Source: Mizuhopecten yessoensis
Taxonomy: Eukaryota
Assembly (NCBI RefSeq): GCF_002113885.1
Contig: NW_018407364.1
Span: forward strand, 555,224-619,223
Direction of reading: 5' to 3'
DNA: 64,000 nt
The notes beneath the pieces were generated by a model that worked only from the letters and a program-made list of their open reading frames with translations, did no database searches and was not told the origin of the DNA. The position numbers were made by a program, and so were the translations under genes. Below are positions 11,634-24,003 of this stretch, in pieces. Within the stretch, counting starts at the first letter, position 1, and each line of letters starts with the position of its first letter.

Positions 11634-11751
11634 GTGTCATCGTTTATTTAAACAGTGTCATCATTTATTTAAACAGTGTCAACATTTATTTAAACAGTAT
11701 TATCGTTTATTTAAAAAGTGTCATCATGTATTTAAACAGTGTTATCGTTAT
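11634..11751. repeat. 21-bp minisatellite (GTGTCATCGTTTATTTAAACA), ~5.5 copies
   Basis: Direct reading of tandem units. Confidence 0.8.
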
Positions 11752-12230
11752 TTCTAATTATGTTATAATTACGTGTAATTTCATTATGATATTTTAATTG
11801 TGTTGTTCATTTTTTATTCATTTTGTCAATATTTTTATTGTTTTACCACTATTAGAGATTGTGTCATTTTTTGTAGCATCATAATAATACGGCATACCTT
11901 GATTGTTATTTTAAGTTCTGTGATAATTTTATTTAAACTAATGTAATCTTTATCAATCATTATTTACACATTTAAGAGTTAGACTGTGTTATCATTACTT
12001 ACTGTGGTAGTATTTTATGATAAATGGTATTATCCTCTTTTAAAAGTTGATTATTATTTATTTTTAAAGTTTTTGTTTGGTTTAATTAACACTCATTACA
12101 CGGTAGAGTATCTTGTTATAGAGTCATTGTTTGCATACCTGATATCGACACAGCATATTTAATTATGTGTTGACCTTTACTGATTAAAGGGTTGGCTCGT
12201 CAGTAAAACAAATATCAGCATAATGGGGAC

Positions 12231-12412
12231 TACAACAAGGCCTCGACATAATGTCCCTTGGTTCATTTGCAACATCGTTTATCACGTTTAAATGTCCTTT
12301 TTCTCGTTTTCTCACGAATTCATCTATATATTTCCTCGATGTATCGCCAAACCCCTGTCTAACGCCAACATTTCTCCAGACAAATGGTGGCAGTGTAACG
12401 AGGTTTAACTGT
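12231..12412. mobile_element. Degenerate Tc1/mariner (pogo/Tigger-like) MITE
   Basis: TACAACAAGGCCTCG...CGAGGTTTAACTGT termini resemble CAGTNAAACCTCG-type TIRs. Confidence 0.45.
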
Positions 12413-12459
12413 TGTTTTATGAGATGCCGGTGTCCTTTCTACTCTGGGACACTCAACGC

Positions 12460-12525
12460 CAATCGGGAACCGTCGGCACTTTCGATATTTTCTCGTTTAC
12501 GGCAAGTGCCGAAGGTTCCCGATTT
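12460..12525. mobile_element. Tiny palindromic MITE, CAATCGGGAACCGTCGGCACTTT-TIR family
   Basis: Inverted termini; related copies at 16130, 50204 and 52577. Confidence 0.75.
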
Positions 12526-12989
12526 ACCCCTCGCCAGATTTGGGTTACGCTCACACTACAAAATGCTTAATCAATTTAATTCATCTATAAAATTAAATTT
12601 GTCTAATTCAATTAATATTTTGAATTAATTCACTGCTTTTGAATATCAATTTATTTAGAAAGTACAATATTCAGTGAAACTATACAAACATCGTTTAATA
12701 GGCAGATCCCAAAACTTTTAGTCAACCATGTTGAAAATATGCTTCGTTTTAATACTGGTCGTCTGTATATGCATTTTGCTTTTCAAAAGTATTTGTTCCT
12801 TTCAAAAAATCAAGCAGTAACATGCAGTACTGATTACATGTTTTTTGAAAGACACTCTTGACTTGTGTTGTTTTTCTTTGTATTCTTTATACAAACACTT
12901 CATACCATACAATAGAACATTACAAAAGTACGAACGTCGTGATGGCCTCCGTTTTTGAGCTATTGTGTGTGTGTGTGTGTGTGGTGCGG

Positions 12990-13500
12990 GGGTCTGAATC
13001 GTTCACCTGCTATTAATCTCTAACTTGTAACCTTTTAAGTGGACTAAAATAAAGCTATAAGACCCCTGTAACTTTGAAAGTCGAACAATTTCATTACGTG
13101 GAACATACTTTATAGCCCTTAATCTCAGCATGCAACTTGCCAAATATAACCACCCTATACCTTTTGTGTATTGAGATTCGGTCATTTAAAATTGTATACA
13201 CACTTGACAAAATGTGACCTTGAATATAGGTTAAGGTCATTCATCTGAACAAACTTAGTAGCCCTTAATCTAAGATATTACTGACATCAGCCTGGGCCTT
13301 TTGATTATTCAGAAGTCGTTCAAAGTTGGTAGCCCTTTATGCAAGCATGTCACTAGCCAAACATCCTCACCCTGTGCCTTTTGGTTATACAGAAGAAGTT
13401 GGTTGAAAGTTTTTTTAAGATTATTAACCCGGTGACCTTGAATATAAGTCAAAGGGTCATTGATTTGAACAAACTTGGTAGCCCTACATCCAAACATGAA
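12990..13500. repeat. Degenerate subunit repeat typical of bivalve non-autonomous Helentron-like elements
   Basis: Recurrent GAACAAACTTGGTAGCCCT blocks (near 13100, 13248, 13321, 13467) with TGACCTTGAATATAGG...AAGGTCA motifs. Confidence 0.5.
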
Positions 13501-13635
13501 ACCAAACTGACGACTCTGAAGAGAGTAACACAGACTGGTAGCAATGCATGTCCAGTTTCTGAGCACTGATGAGAAATGTGTCGAATACACGAATTTGAGG
13601 GAAATTATGCAGCAATACTCTCTGTTATATTGATC

Positions 13636-13897
13636 AAAAATTGTTTTTCTCCTTTAATTTTACCTGGAGAGTCAGTATTCAATCTTTTTCTTTCCCCTAA
13701 AGTGAGAACTTATTCCATAATTGCGTCGTTGAACAGCTCCATATTTAGTGACCAGTTTTTGGAAGATCAAAAATGTTTTTCCCTTTAATTTTACCTGCAG
13801 AGTCAGTTTTCAGTCCTTTTCTTTACTTTACAATGAAAACTTATTCCGCCATGTCGTCGTTGAACAGCACTGTATTTACATGTAATGACCAGTTTGT
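13636..13897. repeat. Diverged ~130-bp tandem duplication
   Basis: CCTTTAATTTTACCTG(G/C)AGAGTCAGT...CGTCGTTGAACAGC...TGACCAGTTT occurs twice. Confidence 0.75.
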
Positions 13898-14805
13898 GTG
13901 CCGGATTATTTATATTGCAAAGTTATATACTATGATACGGTTATTTTTACAAAATTTCTTCAACGTTGATGTCTGCTATGTTTTTGAAGGGCAATAAAAT
14001 GTATGTCATATTTTGAATATTACCTCATAATCGCAAATCGTCTTCCTTGTGTAAGGTCGACAATTCAAAATAAACAGCAAAATACCGACAAATAGTTACA
14101 CATTTAATTGTATACAGTACTTATGTATGCGATGCTAAATTATATATTTACCTCGAAAATATAATTATATTATAGGATTCAAAATGAAAATAAAAACATA
14201 TGTTAATATACACAATTTATAATTTAACATCTTGGTTCAATAATAAAAAATAATCTCAATCCACTCCCTTAGCCCACTTAGGTGTGCATTGTGTACGAGT
14301 AAACAACACTAAACACACCTGTGTCCAGTGCTGACAGCAGGAGTGGTTGGTTGGTTGGTACTTGCCCGAGTTTCCTCTGGCCCTAACACCAGACTTAGAC
14401 ATTTTGACATAGGGATATCTGGTCTGGGGCTCCCACACCAGACATCTTCTATATGTCAAGATGTCTAAGTCTTTTGTTCGGTCGACGTGAGGGGGTAAGT
14501 TGCCGCTTACCAGGCCCTCGGAGATTCTAAAGACCTGCGAGGTTGGACAGCTCCTCAGATGCGGATATCTATAGGCTGTCACAGCTACTGCAGTCCTCGG
14601 ATCGACGCCTTTAGTGTAGTCCTCGCTGACCTCCTATCAGCAGAAGGTTGGTTGGTTGGTTGGTTGTTGGTTGGTTGAAGGGTTTAGCGCCTACATGAAT
14701 CCACCCTTACGGGTTTCATCTCACTGACGGTATCAGTAGAAGGCCCAAGGCACACCTTTATACATGTGTCCAGGTATGACATCAAAGGGATGTCAGCAGG
14801 TGGGC

Positions 14806-14883
14806 CATCCCCGATACACCAGGGGGTTAAACTCACTGATTCTCTCTGCACAAAGTGAGCGTAACCCCTGGATATCCAGGATG
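14806..14883. mobile_element. Short copy of the hAT-like MITE family
   Basis: CATCCCCGATAC...AAAGTGAGCGTAACCCCTGGATATCCAGGATG. Confidence 0.6.
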
Positions 14884-15628
14884 GAGATGTAGTGTTTAGA
14901 TATATTCCGTCTAGAGTTCGGTGGGTCCCTGGTTTGAACCAGGTCTTGCCGTGCATGTTTTCATCTCTTGTTACAAACTGGTATAAAATACAGTTAAAAC
15001 ATGATTTTATTGTAGAAGGTCTAAATTTTGCAATAACATTTACCCCCTGGAAAATGATCCTGTATGTGACAGAATCTGTTAGATCTCAAAATTTGTTTTT
15101 TCGCCTGGCGGTTTAGCCCACGTTGTCCCCCTTTAAAGACCCTAGACACACAGGAGGTGTGTGTTGGGGGGGGAGGGGGGACGACAAGGCGGTCCCCAGA
15201 CCATCCACCTATGTTTTACAGCGCTCGTTACTCGTAAATGAATCCACTCCCAGCTACACCCTTGATAACTAAACTACTGCTGGGTTTTATAAAGTGAAGC
15301 ACTTTTGTACGAAATGCTGAGAATTTCCAAACAAAAGAATGACCTAGCAAGTTAGCGCAGACCTAAGTCGTCAGCATACCGCAGGGGAGACAACTCCTCC
15401 TTCCTTATTCTGGAATACTCTTACTTACCGATAGGGAGACTCGAATCAATTACAGGAAGGTTGTTTGGGCCTTCTTTTTCTGATGTTAATGGAGTGCTAT
15501 TAGACGTTATAAGGTTTATATATTGGCATTCGGTAACATACACACTTCATCACTATCTTGATGGTGTAATTGTGTAATGAACCATCCATGGGAGGGGCAT
15601 ATTTCACCGACCTGTCATTAATCTAACA

Positions 15629-15882
15629 CACAGGGACCTGAGAATTTTGTAACAGCCCGTTGGACCTAAACTACGGTGTTCAGAATAATTTTATATGTTT
15701 TAGGGGTTTAAATCGACTTTTAGTCGACATCGAGAGCTTTCCACCCTTCTCGTATATACATAATCATTGTAGGTGGCATTTTTATTGAAAGTCGATCTAA
15801 ACCCCTAAAACATGTAAAATTACTCTGAACCTCTTAGTTTAGATCCAAAAATATAGCTGTAACAAATTATCAGGTCCCTTTG
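15629..15882. mobile_element. MITE, CACAGGGACCTGA-TIR family (long palindromic arms)
   Basis: About 90-bp inverted arms including TTTTAGGGGTTTAAATCGACTTT / AAAGTCGATCTAAACCCCTAAAA. Confidence 0.8.
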
Positions 15883-16129
15883 GTGTAACACATACATGTA
15901 GCGAGGGTGAGAATGATTTGGAGAAAAAAAATATGACGGCCGCTTCGGACTACGAGTGCGGCCCCCCACGTAGTTATAACTTGGCTTTAGGATGCGAATA
16001 ATTGTCCTGTAAATACATTTTATTTGAAAAGTGTCGTTACATTGCCGGTGTGGTAGAAAATAGCATGTTAACCGGTACCCTTGATGGTCGATATCGATAA
16101 ACCTTAGCGTGGTATTCAGCCTGTTTTAA

Positions 16130-16203
16130 CAATCGGGAACTGTCGGCACTTTCCGTAAACGAGAAAAATACACGTTTACAAAAGTGCCGACTGTTCCCGA
16201 TTG
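16130..16203. mobile_element. Tiny palindromic MITE, CAATCGGGAAC-TIR family
   Basis: CAATCGGGAACTGTCGGCACTTT / AAAGTGCCGACTGTTCCCGATTG; flanks share CCTGTTTT. Confidence 0.8.
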
Positions 16204-16476
16204 CCTGTTTTTGTGATTGATAGTGGTTAAAGGAAAGAACAAAATGTGTTTAAATATATCATAGTCTTTCATTGAACTTGCGGAATTACTCACGTTCTCC
16301 TCTATAGAGTGTTATTTTTCTAAGGTACAAGAAGAATACGTTCTGAAATATTCTTATGATTGTTACATGATGTCCTGCGAAGACAATCTTTTCCTCCGGT
16401 CTTCTTGGAGTGTTGTTTTCCTGAGGCCGTGCTAAGAATATCTTCTAGATTTTCTTCTCCCGGGGTCCCATCGTGT

Positions 16477-16655
16477 TGTAACAGAAGTCATTATTTTTCA
16501 ATGTCTCAGCCATGCCGAACCTGGGACCTCGCGGTTACTATAGTCGTATGTTCTACCGCATGAGCTACCTGGCCGAATCGGTACATATAGGAAGCGGAAA
16601 GTATTTTGTACTAGGGTGACAATACTCCCCCTCTAGGAAAGAACTCGTCCCGAGT
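16477..16655 (-). mobile_element. tRNA-containing 3' LTR (16477-16621) with polypurine tract; truncated non-autonomous LTR element
   Basis: Minus strand: CTCGGGACGAGTTCTTTCCTAGAGGGGGAGTAT|TGTCAC...GGCCAGGTAGCTCATGCGGTAGAAC...GGTCCCAGGTTCGG...CTGTTACA. Confidence 0.65.
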
Positions 16656-17141
16656 TTTCCAGGGGGTCGTAGCGATTCTTGCGAAAGTATCACCGAGTAA
16701 TTTAATATAGCATAAACAATGTCTTTCGGTAAAAATAGTATTCGGGGATCGTCATGTACACAAATCTTAATCAATCAAAATTATCAGACAGACCGTTAAA
16801 ATGACAGAAATAAGATTCAAATTCAATCGTTTATCACAGTACCATGTCAGATCGATACCAGCGGTCAGCTTATGAAAATCACGGAACTTAACATCGTAAC
16901 CAAGTCGTCAGAACCCTTTGCAGATTTGTCAATTTTGGGGACACAAAAATATCAAAAATAAATCTGCTGCACCCATCAGAACACTTTAAAGCCTTACTTG
17001 TCAATATACCTCGCTTTTGATCTTGGTGTATTTTTTAAAACGTTTCGCCGAAATGAGTTTTTTTGGGGTTCGCCCCTTGACCGTGACAACGTTTACCTCA
17101 TCATCCGTGGATGCTGTCTTCGGCAATTAGTGGGAGTTAGT

Positions 17142-17311
17142 GGGTTTAGATCGACTTTCGGTAAACATGCAACACCCAATGATAAATTATCATTGCGAGT
17201 GGAGTGGCATTTTTACCGAAAGTCGATCTAAACCCCTTAAACAGGTACAATTACTCTTAACACCTTAGTTTAGGTCCAAATATATCTGTTACAAATTCTC
17301 CGGTCCCTGTG
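17142..17311. mobile_element. 5'-truncated MITE, CACAGGGACCTGA-TIR family
   Basis: Central palindrome plus right arm ending GGTCCCTGTG. Confidence 0.75.
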
Positions 17312-18622
17312 TCCATTTCAGGTGATGCGACGACGTCGAAAAGCGCTAATAGCTAACCATGTAAGCGACGTTATATGAAATATTACACTATATATGTCAA
17401 TCTCTCCGTGTAGCTATCGTGTACTAATTCTAGTTCAATGCCTTGACCTGCGTTACGACAGATACATGACTGACAAACAGCGACACACATTCAGAGGTGC
17501 TGAAATTTATAAATCAAACCTACAATATTAGGGGTGGAGGGGGGCACAAAATTATTATAACAATATAATATAATCGTTTTTCGTGGAAGTTGGTGGGGAG
17601 GGGGGGATGTTCCGAATTTGCTATTTTAATTTGTGGGAAGAGAAGAAAGTAATCTATAAAAAATGTGTTAATTCGGGGNTTTGTGGGAAGAGAAAAAGTA
17701 ATCTATGAAAAATGTGTTTATTCATGTATGACCCTTTTATCGCCCAGTGCAATCTTCGAAAGGACTTCACATTCCCTCCTTATCAGTTCCCAATCCCATT
17801 TTTTAACTTATTTTTTTACCGAGACAGCCCCCAGAAGAAATGTATGTGTGTATCATCGAGTGTAAAGCGGTACACATGTTTTATTTCGCAAGAGAAATTC
17901 CGCTGTCACTCAAAGAAAACACGGACAAGTCCATAACGATGCTATCTCAAATAACTGTTGGATTAGAGACCTCAAATTCCACTGGTACACGCCGTTTACG
18001 CATTAGTATCCTCACCATCCCGTTTCCATGGCAACGATCACGCCTTATCTTTATTTTCATCACATGCATATCCTACTGTCGAGTCCATCACTCCTAACAC
18101 AGGGGATCGTTTCTAATTATAATACATGACAGAAAAGTATACGGTGGTGGAGGGTGGGGGATTGGACTTTTAGAGGAAGAAATGCACTCCTGCAAAATAT
18201 TTTCATGTCTTAACCATAATTAGAAACAAACCCATGCGCTCTTAACCTTGAACATCGCTTTCCGTTGTCTGGCCCGGCGGTCAACGTACGGTAAACACCA
18301 ACAGTATACGTATCTGCGTCTTAGAATGTGTTTCTTGTTTTCTTTTACTTTATCTCTTTTGTTGTTGAACGAGACTGCTTTTGTTGTGGAGTTTGTTTAT
18401 GATATTCTCTCCAATAATGTTTATGTTTGGAAATTTGAGGTATAAATCGAAGAAGAATGTTGAAATTATTTGTACCCTATTCTGTTATACATATTATTTC
18501 TGGAAATCAATGTGTTAAACTTTGACGGGCTAACCGTATTCGGTCACAAAATAATTTTACATTATTTGCAAATATTATTATATACGGTGGCTGATTGAGG
18601 ACATCCAAAGAATATGTTTTAT

Positions 18623-18754
18623 CCCGTTATAACGACTTAGTGTCTCGTGATAACGACTTAACATCTCGTTATAACGACTTAGTGTCTCGTTATAACGACT
18701 TAGTGTCTCGTTAACGACTTAACATTTCGTTATAACGACTTAGTGTCTCGTTAA
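18623..18754. repeat. 21-bp minisatellite (CTCGTTATAACGACTTAGTGT), ~6 copies
   Basis: Direct reading; each unit contains the palindrome CGTTATAACG. Confidence 0.85.
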
Positions 18755-18993
18755 TTACATGAACATTATCTCATTTTTTTTAAAATCTATATAACTCTCA
18801 CATGATATTAAGACACATTTATCTTACAACTGTTTTGACAATATTTAGAGCAAGCAGATTGTTGAATGACGTCATATTGATATTGATGATCCCCGTACCA
18901 CTACCAACTAACTAACGACGCGTTGGATTTCTGAAAAGAATTGAAATAATACAAATGAAATATACAAAATATGATCAACAGCAGTATTCTGAA

Positions 18994-19070
18994 TGTAAAA
19001 TTAGACTGGGATTCCAACCCTGGATTACAGATTGATACTACATCGCTCTAACCTATTAATCTACCTGTTC
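18994..19070 (-). mobile_element. Highly degenerate tRNA-derived relic
   Basis: TGTAAAATTAGACTGGGATTCCAACCC...CGCTCTAACCTATTAATCTACC resembles the reverse complement of the tRNA-LTRs. Confidence 0.3.
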
Positions 19071-20469
19071 AACATAACTGTCTCGGCCTTACTGTAGTAC
19101 AGTGATACATTATATCTAAACGGAGGTTAAAAAAAAGCATGTAAAAAAAAGCATAAGCATGTAAAATATTTTTAGGCTCAATTCAGATTTTATTTTCCCG
19201 TTTTAAATTATACTCTTAAATAATAATTGATATAACAGATGTGACATGTCACTGGATGCGTTTTCCTTGATTTACCGGGCGACAGTATGATGGTCTCCTC
19301 ATGTGGTTCAAGAAATCATAAGATATATCCTAGTTAATTGACTAGTTAATATACACTCGGATCTCTCCCTAGTTTGGGTTCATGTTTAACGTCTTCTGTA
19401 TGATAAATTGATTCGAAACTCACAGGAACAGGATAGGTAAAGAAGTACATGATCGGTTGATCAATTGATATTTTCAACGCGAATACGTCTCTATGTAATA
19501 TCAACATTAACAGGCCCATTCTCCAACCAGGTTTTAATGGGATCTTCTTCCGTGGCAGATATATATGGATAACATTTGATAACCTATGTCCCACATTGTT
19601 TCCTATGCCCCACATCAATGTCTAGTCGGGTGACAAGCACGTGCCGATGCCGAATGAAATCACGAGCTGTGGGGACAACACGTGACACACGGGACACACA
19701 CTTACTGTACCGCACGCTCGCTACACAACAAACACACTGCCATACAAACACACTCATTAAAACTTTGAATTAGCTAGTTACTTTGTTTATTTGGTTCTTT
19801 GGATAGGGAGACACTGCCATGACGTTATAGTGGGCATGAGAGAACACCGAACAAAACGGTCTCGTATATATGTTGCTACAGAATTGGGGCAGCAGATCAA
19901 TTTTTGGTTTCACCAATATCCCGACAGAGGACCAATCCCGATTCTGCTGGGGTTTGACATAAGTTGCAGCAGGTCTTTTCTTTCTCTGCACCTGCACCTG
20001 CACAGTTAAGTAAATTTAAATAGAACACTTCACGGGTTAACTCATTAGTAACTATCCATAAATTATCAAATTAAAGCTTTAATCCAATTTTTCTTCATGA
20101 ATTTTATTATTTAAACCGGACATACAAGATTAAACCCGAGGCTTACCGAGCAATTTTCAACAATAACCACAATTCATTCACTGATATTGAATCTGTGTTA
20201 GCTTAAAATGTGACTCACACCCAGGTTCGTACTGTCGCTGTGGCTGTCGGTAAGTATATACATACATATATATATTCAACGTGATAGAAGGAAGACAATA
20301 GACATTGATTTGTTGAATCAGGCATGTATGAATCAAACCCATTTTCAGAATTACCGTAATGACATCACCACATTAACTATATGATTCATCTCCAACAAAT
20401 AGTTCCTCATCATTGTGACGCGGAAGGATAGACCGCAGACGGAGCGTAAAGGCACGCCTTGTATTACTA

Positions 20470-20549
20470 CGACACAGCTGCAATCTCGCATTCGATTCTG
20501 TATTCACGGCGAGGAAGGTTTCCCTAGACGTTGAAGGAAGCTTATACTT
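20470..20549 (+). other. Candidate non-coding first exon of beta-thymosin (5' end approximate)
   Basis: Consensus donor GTAAGT at 20550; the coding exon has an acceptor 8 nt before its ATG, so an upstream UTR exon is needed; CRE/AP-1-like motifs lie just upstream. Confidence 0.45.
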
Positions 20550-21035
20550 GTAAGTATGAACATTATCTTATGCAATACTTAAGATCCATTCAAAAGTGTG
20601 CTCGATGCCCCCTTCCTTTTGTATATTTGTGAAACTTACTATGAATCCATCTTGTCGCCGGGAGAGAAAAGAAAAAAAAAACTGTGTTATAGTGCCTGTA
20701 TAAATGGAATCACTCAAGCGTGACGAGATAGTATATACGATTGACATTCAAACATTTAAATTTCCGCTATCAAAAAATGCGATTATACATAATTCAATTT
20801 GCATATAATGTATAGTTTGCAGTTATTACTGGTTAAATCATTATGTTAATGACACGAACGATAATTAGATATTTGATGCAGCCTACAGACGCTTTTTAGT
20901 GATAGACACGATAGAGATACAAAAGCTTTGTTGCCTCGAGTCGATTATCCTGAACACTCAACAGTAGCTCTTTGAGTCTATCTTCGACTATTACTGATGA
21001 AGTTGAAAGTATTTATCGCGAGAGCTTTTGTGTAA

Positions 21036-21329
<294 letters not shown>

Positions 21330-24003
21330 TAAAGATGGTTTTGGGGGGAAATTGGGGTGAAAATTGTCAAATTTCATACCGAGGTCATTTTACATATTAA
21401 ATCCCATTTTTGTTCCGTTTATTTTTGCATATGCGACATTCGATATCGTGTTCAAATTCTTCTTCCCAGCGATGTTAGCCCCGATTGCTCTAGAATGTAT
21501 ATTCTACAGTATATGTTAGTCCACGTTAGAGTGGAGCGCACAGAGTGCAATGATCGATACGCTACTCGCTGTGTCAGATAAACCTGTCGCTGAAAGTACA
21601 AGTTTGCCCGGCTATACAAACGTGCGATCGGAGTTCTCGACCCCGCACAGTTGTGTCAGCTTTAGCAGGTGTGCTGGTATTTCTACCTGTGATGTTGACG
21701 CGTCGGGATTTCATCATTTGACAGTTGGAATTTAAAACAGTTTTAATCGATCTTTTATTTTAAAATCAATGCTCGACAGGAAGACGGATTAACTCCCGAC
21801 TTCACTTTGAACGTTGAATGTCCTGTATGCTACGGAAAAAGCCCAGATAATCACCAAAAAGGAAGGAAGTCGATAAGCTGCCTACACTAGTCAATTTTAG
21901 AAAATTATATCTTCCGCCTCGCCGCTTAGGAAACTAGCTTAAACATAATTATTTGTCGGCATGAACTTAAATTGTTTTGTCGTTGTGTATCGACTCAAAA
22001 CGTGAATATATAGATGAAAACGAGATACGTGTCCTTTAGTGTGCCGTCATCTGTACAGGACTTCGTGTTTTTATGGATCACAAAATTTAGAGACCGGTCA
22101 ATTTAAGTTGCTTCCTTTTTGTGAAGTTATACAGCTTGCATATGACATTGATGTATTATTATAAGTCGATAGAGCGTGGTCGTTTACCATACCAAATATT
22201 GCATGGGTCGCTTATTACTGACACTATCTCTCCTGTTCGCGTCCGCAATCCATGAAGGATAGTTAGGTTTTGGTATGTCCCAAAAACATAATGAAACTTA
22301 GTTCGGATATTTACGTATGTAGAGCATGACCTATGTTTACATACTTGACAGTGAAATACCGTCCTATAGAAGGTCACATTCCAGGCATACATCATAAAAC
22401 TTGCTCCCCTTCTATACAAGACGTCATGAACACAAATAATGTTACGTGTGCAAAAAATATTGTACTCGGCACAGCTCTTCCGAAAAGTTAACGACACTCG
22501 CAGATATGCACTGCATGCGCACGCGTTGTACTTGTCTTGCCTCATTGCGTTTGGAATGGTGAGTTTGTGGTCTGGTTAGTCATCAGAGAACATCTGTCAT
22601 TAAACTTGAGGCGTTAAAGGGGAGAGGTGATGGAGTAAGCACAATCTTTTAAGCAGGAAACATTTCGTACGTGCACTAGTTTGAGGAAGTTCCCGGCAGG
22701 CCGCGGAAGGATCAATTTCGAGTGTGTTTAATTTAAGTGTATGAAGAGGCGGACGATGTGTATGCAAAATTTGCGTGAACTTTCATCCCTAGAGGGCTTG
22801 AAGGGATGGAATTATGACGTGCTAGACAGATAAACAATGGCGATATACACACGCGCGCGCGCATACTTCCTTACGTATTGCACTTTAATCCCAAAAGTTG
22901 AGTGACGCAGCTTCCAGTTCCCCATAATGAGCCCCAAAGGGCCTCGTTACTCGGTGAATGAAACACGAAATCTGATCTTGAGCATGTCTGATTTCATCGT
23001 CTGCGATTTACCCCCCGACACATCTGCTAGCCTTTGTGACAAGGCTGTGGGGTCGTACGCCCGCGTTAAACCGCTCACATGTACACGAGATGGAGTGTGG
23101 AATTAAATTCACGCAGTCATCTAACTCGCTTGTAACGTACACGTGTTGCATTGTAGTCGAACGTTTGACACATTATTGAATAAACCCCACTCATGATGCA
23201 CAAGAAACTACGAATTAAATGTTACCGGACATTTTGATATCTCTAAAAGTCACTAAATGTACATGTAAACGCAGAAAGCTTGCGGTGCAGCTGTGTCTCG
23301 GTTTGAAGCCGATTCGCCGTTAATATGTTTTGACATGCTTTCAGCTGAGATTTTCCGATGCGTTTGTTGGCAATGTACACTGACATTACGTAGCATGTAG
23401 AATACGACAAGTCGCTCGTTGTCTTGGCAACCGTTTAACGCTTCTTTGTTCACAAAGTTGGTGTACGAAACCGCGTGTCTATTTATCACGCGGATGTTAC
23501 AGAATACGGCGCGTTCTGCGCTATCTACAGTTTTCCCTACTGTATCTAATCGATAACGGTCATGCTGTGTACACAACACAATTCTGGTACTGTTTTGTCA
23601 AATCCAGTAAACTGATAGCTGTCATTACTGATACATTGTGTAATAGGCATCGCTCGTATTGATACTCGATAATGACGTGGTCAGATCGGGTAGCCGCGAC
23701 TTAATCATATCAAAATTATAGATTATTTGATTTGTTAAGTCCTCGCGGAATAGGTACATAGTTAACATTAAGGGTACCCACAGTCATGTACGTCGACAAA
23801 TAGTCCACATATCCCTGCTCAGTCATCAACACACTTGAGTCATCATATTCCCGCTAATTCATGAACACAACGAGTGGGCGTAGTGCTGGTCAGTAACGAA
23901 CACATTGCAATCGCTATGCCCCTGCTCGGGCATAACAATGAGTTATCAAATCCTTACTCAAATTTGTACCCACTGATGTTAACTTGCTCGGTCAGAAATA
24001 CAA

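Noticed and set aside
12183-12440. ~85-codon open frame on the minus strand, and the overlapping 125-aa + strand ORF
   Set aside because: Overlaps MITE sequences; no recognisable domain or splice context.
17630-17725. ~45-bp direct repeat around an N (17679); another N at 34432
   Set aside because: Both Ns follow G runs and probably mark assembly joins, so adjacency across them is unreliable.
20994-21010. CTGATGAAGTTGAAAG hammerhead-like core
   Set aside because: No credible stem II, stem I or palindromic stem III.
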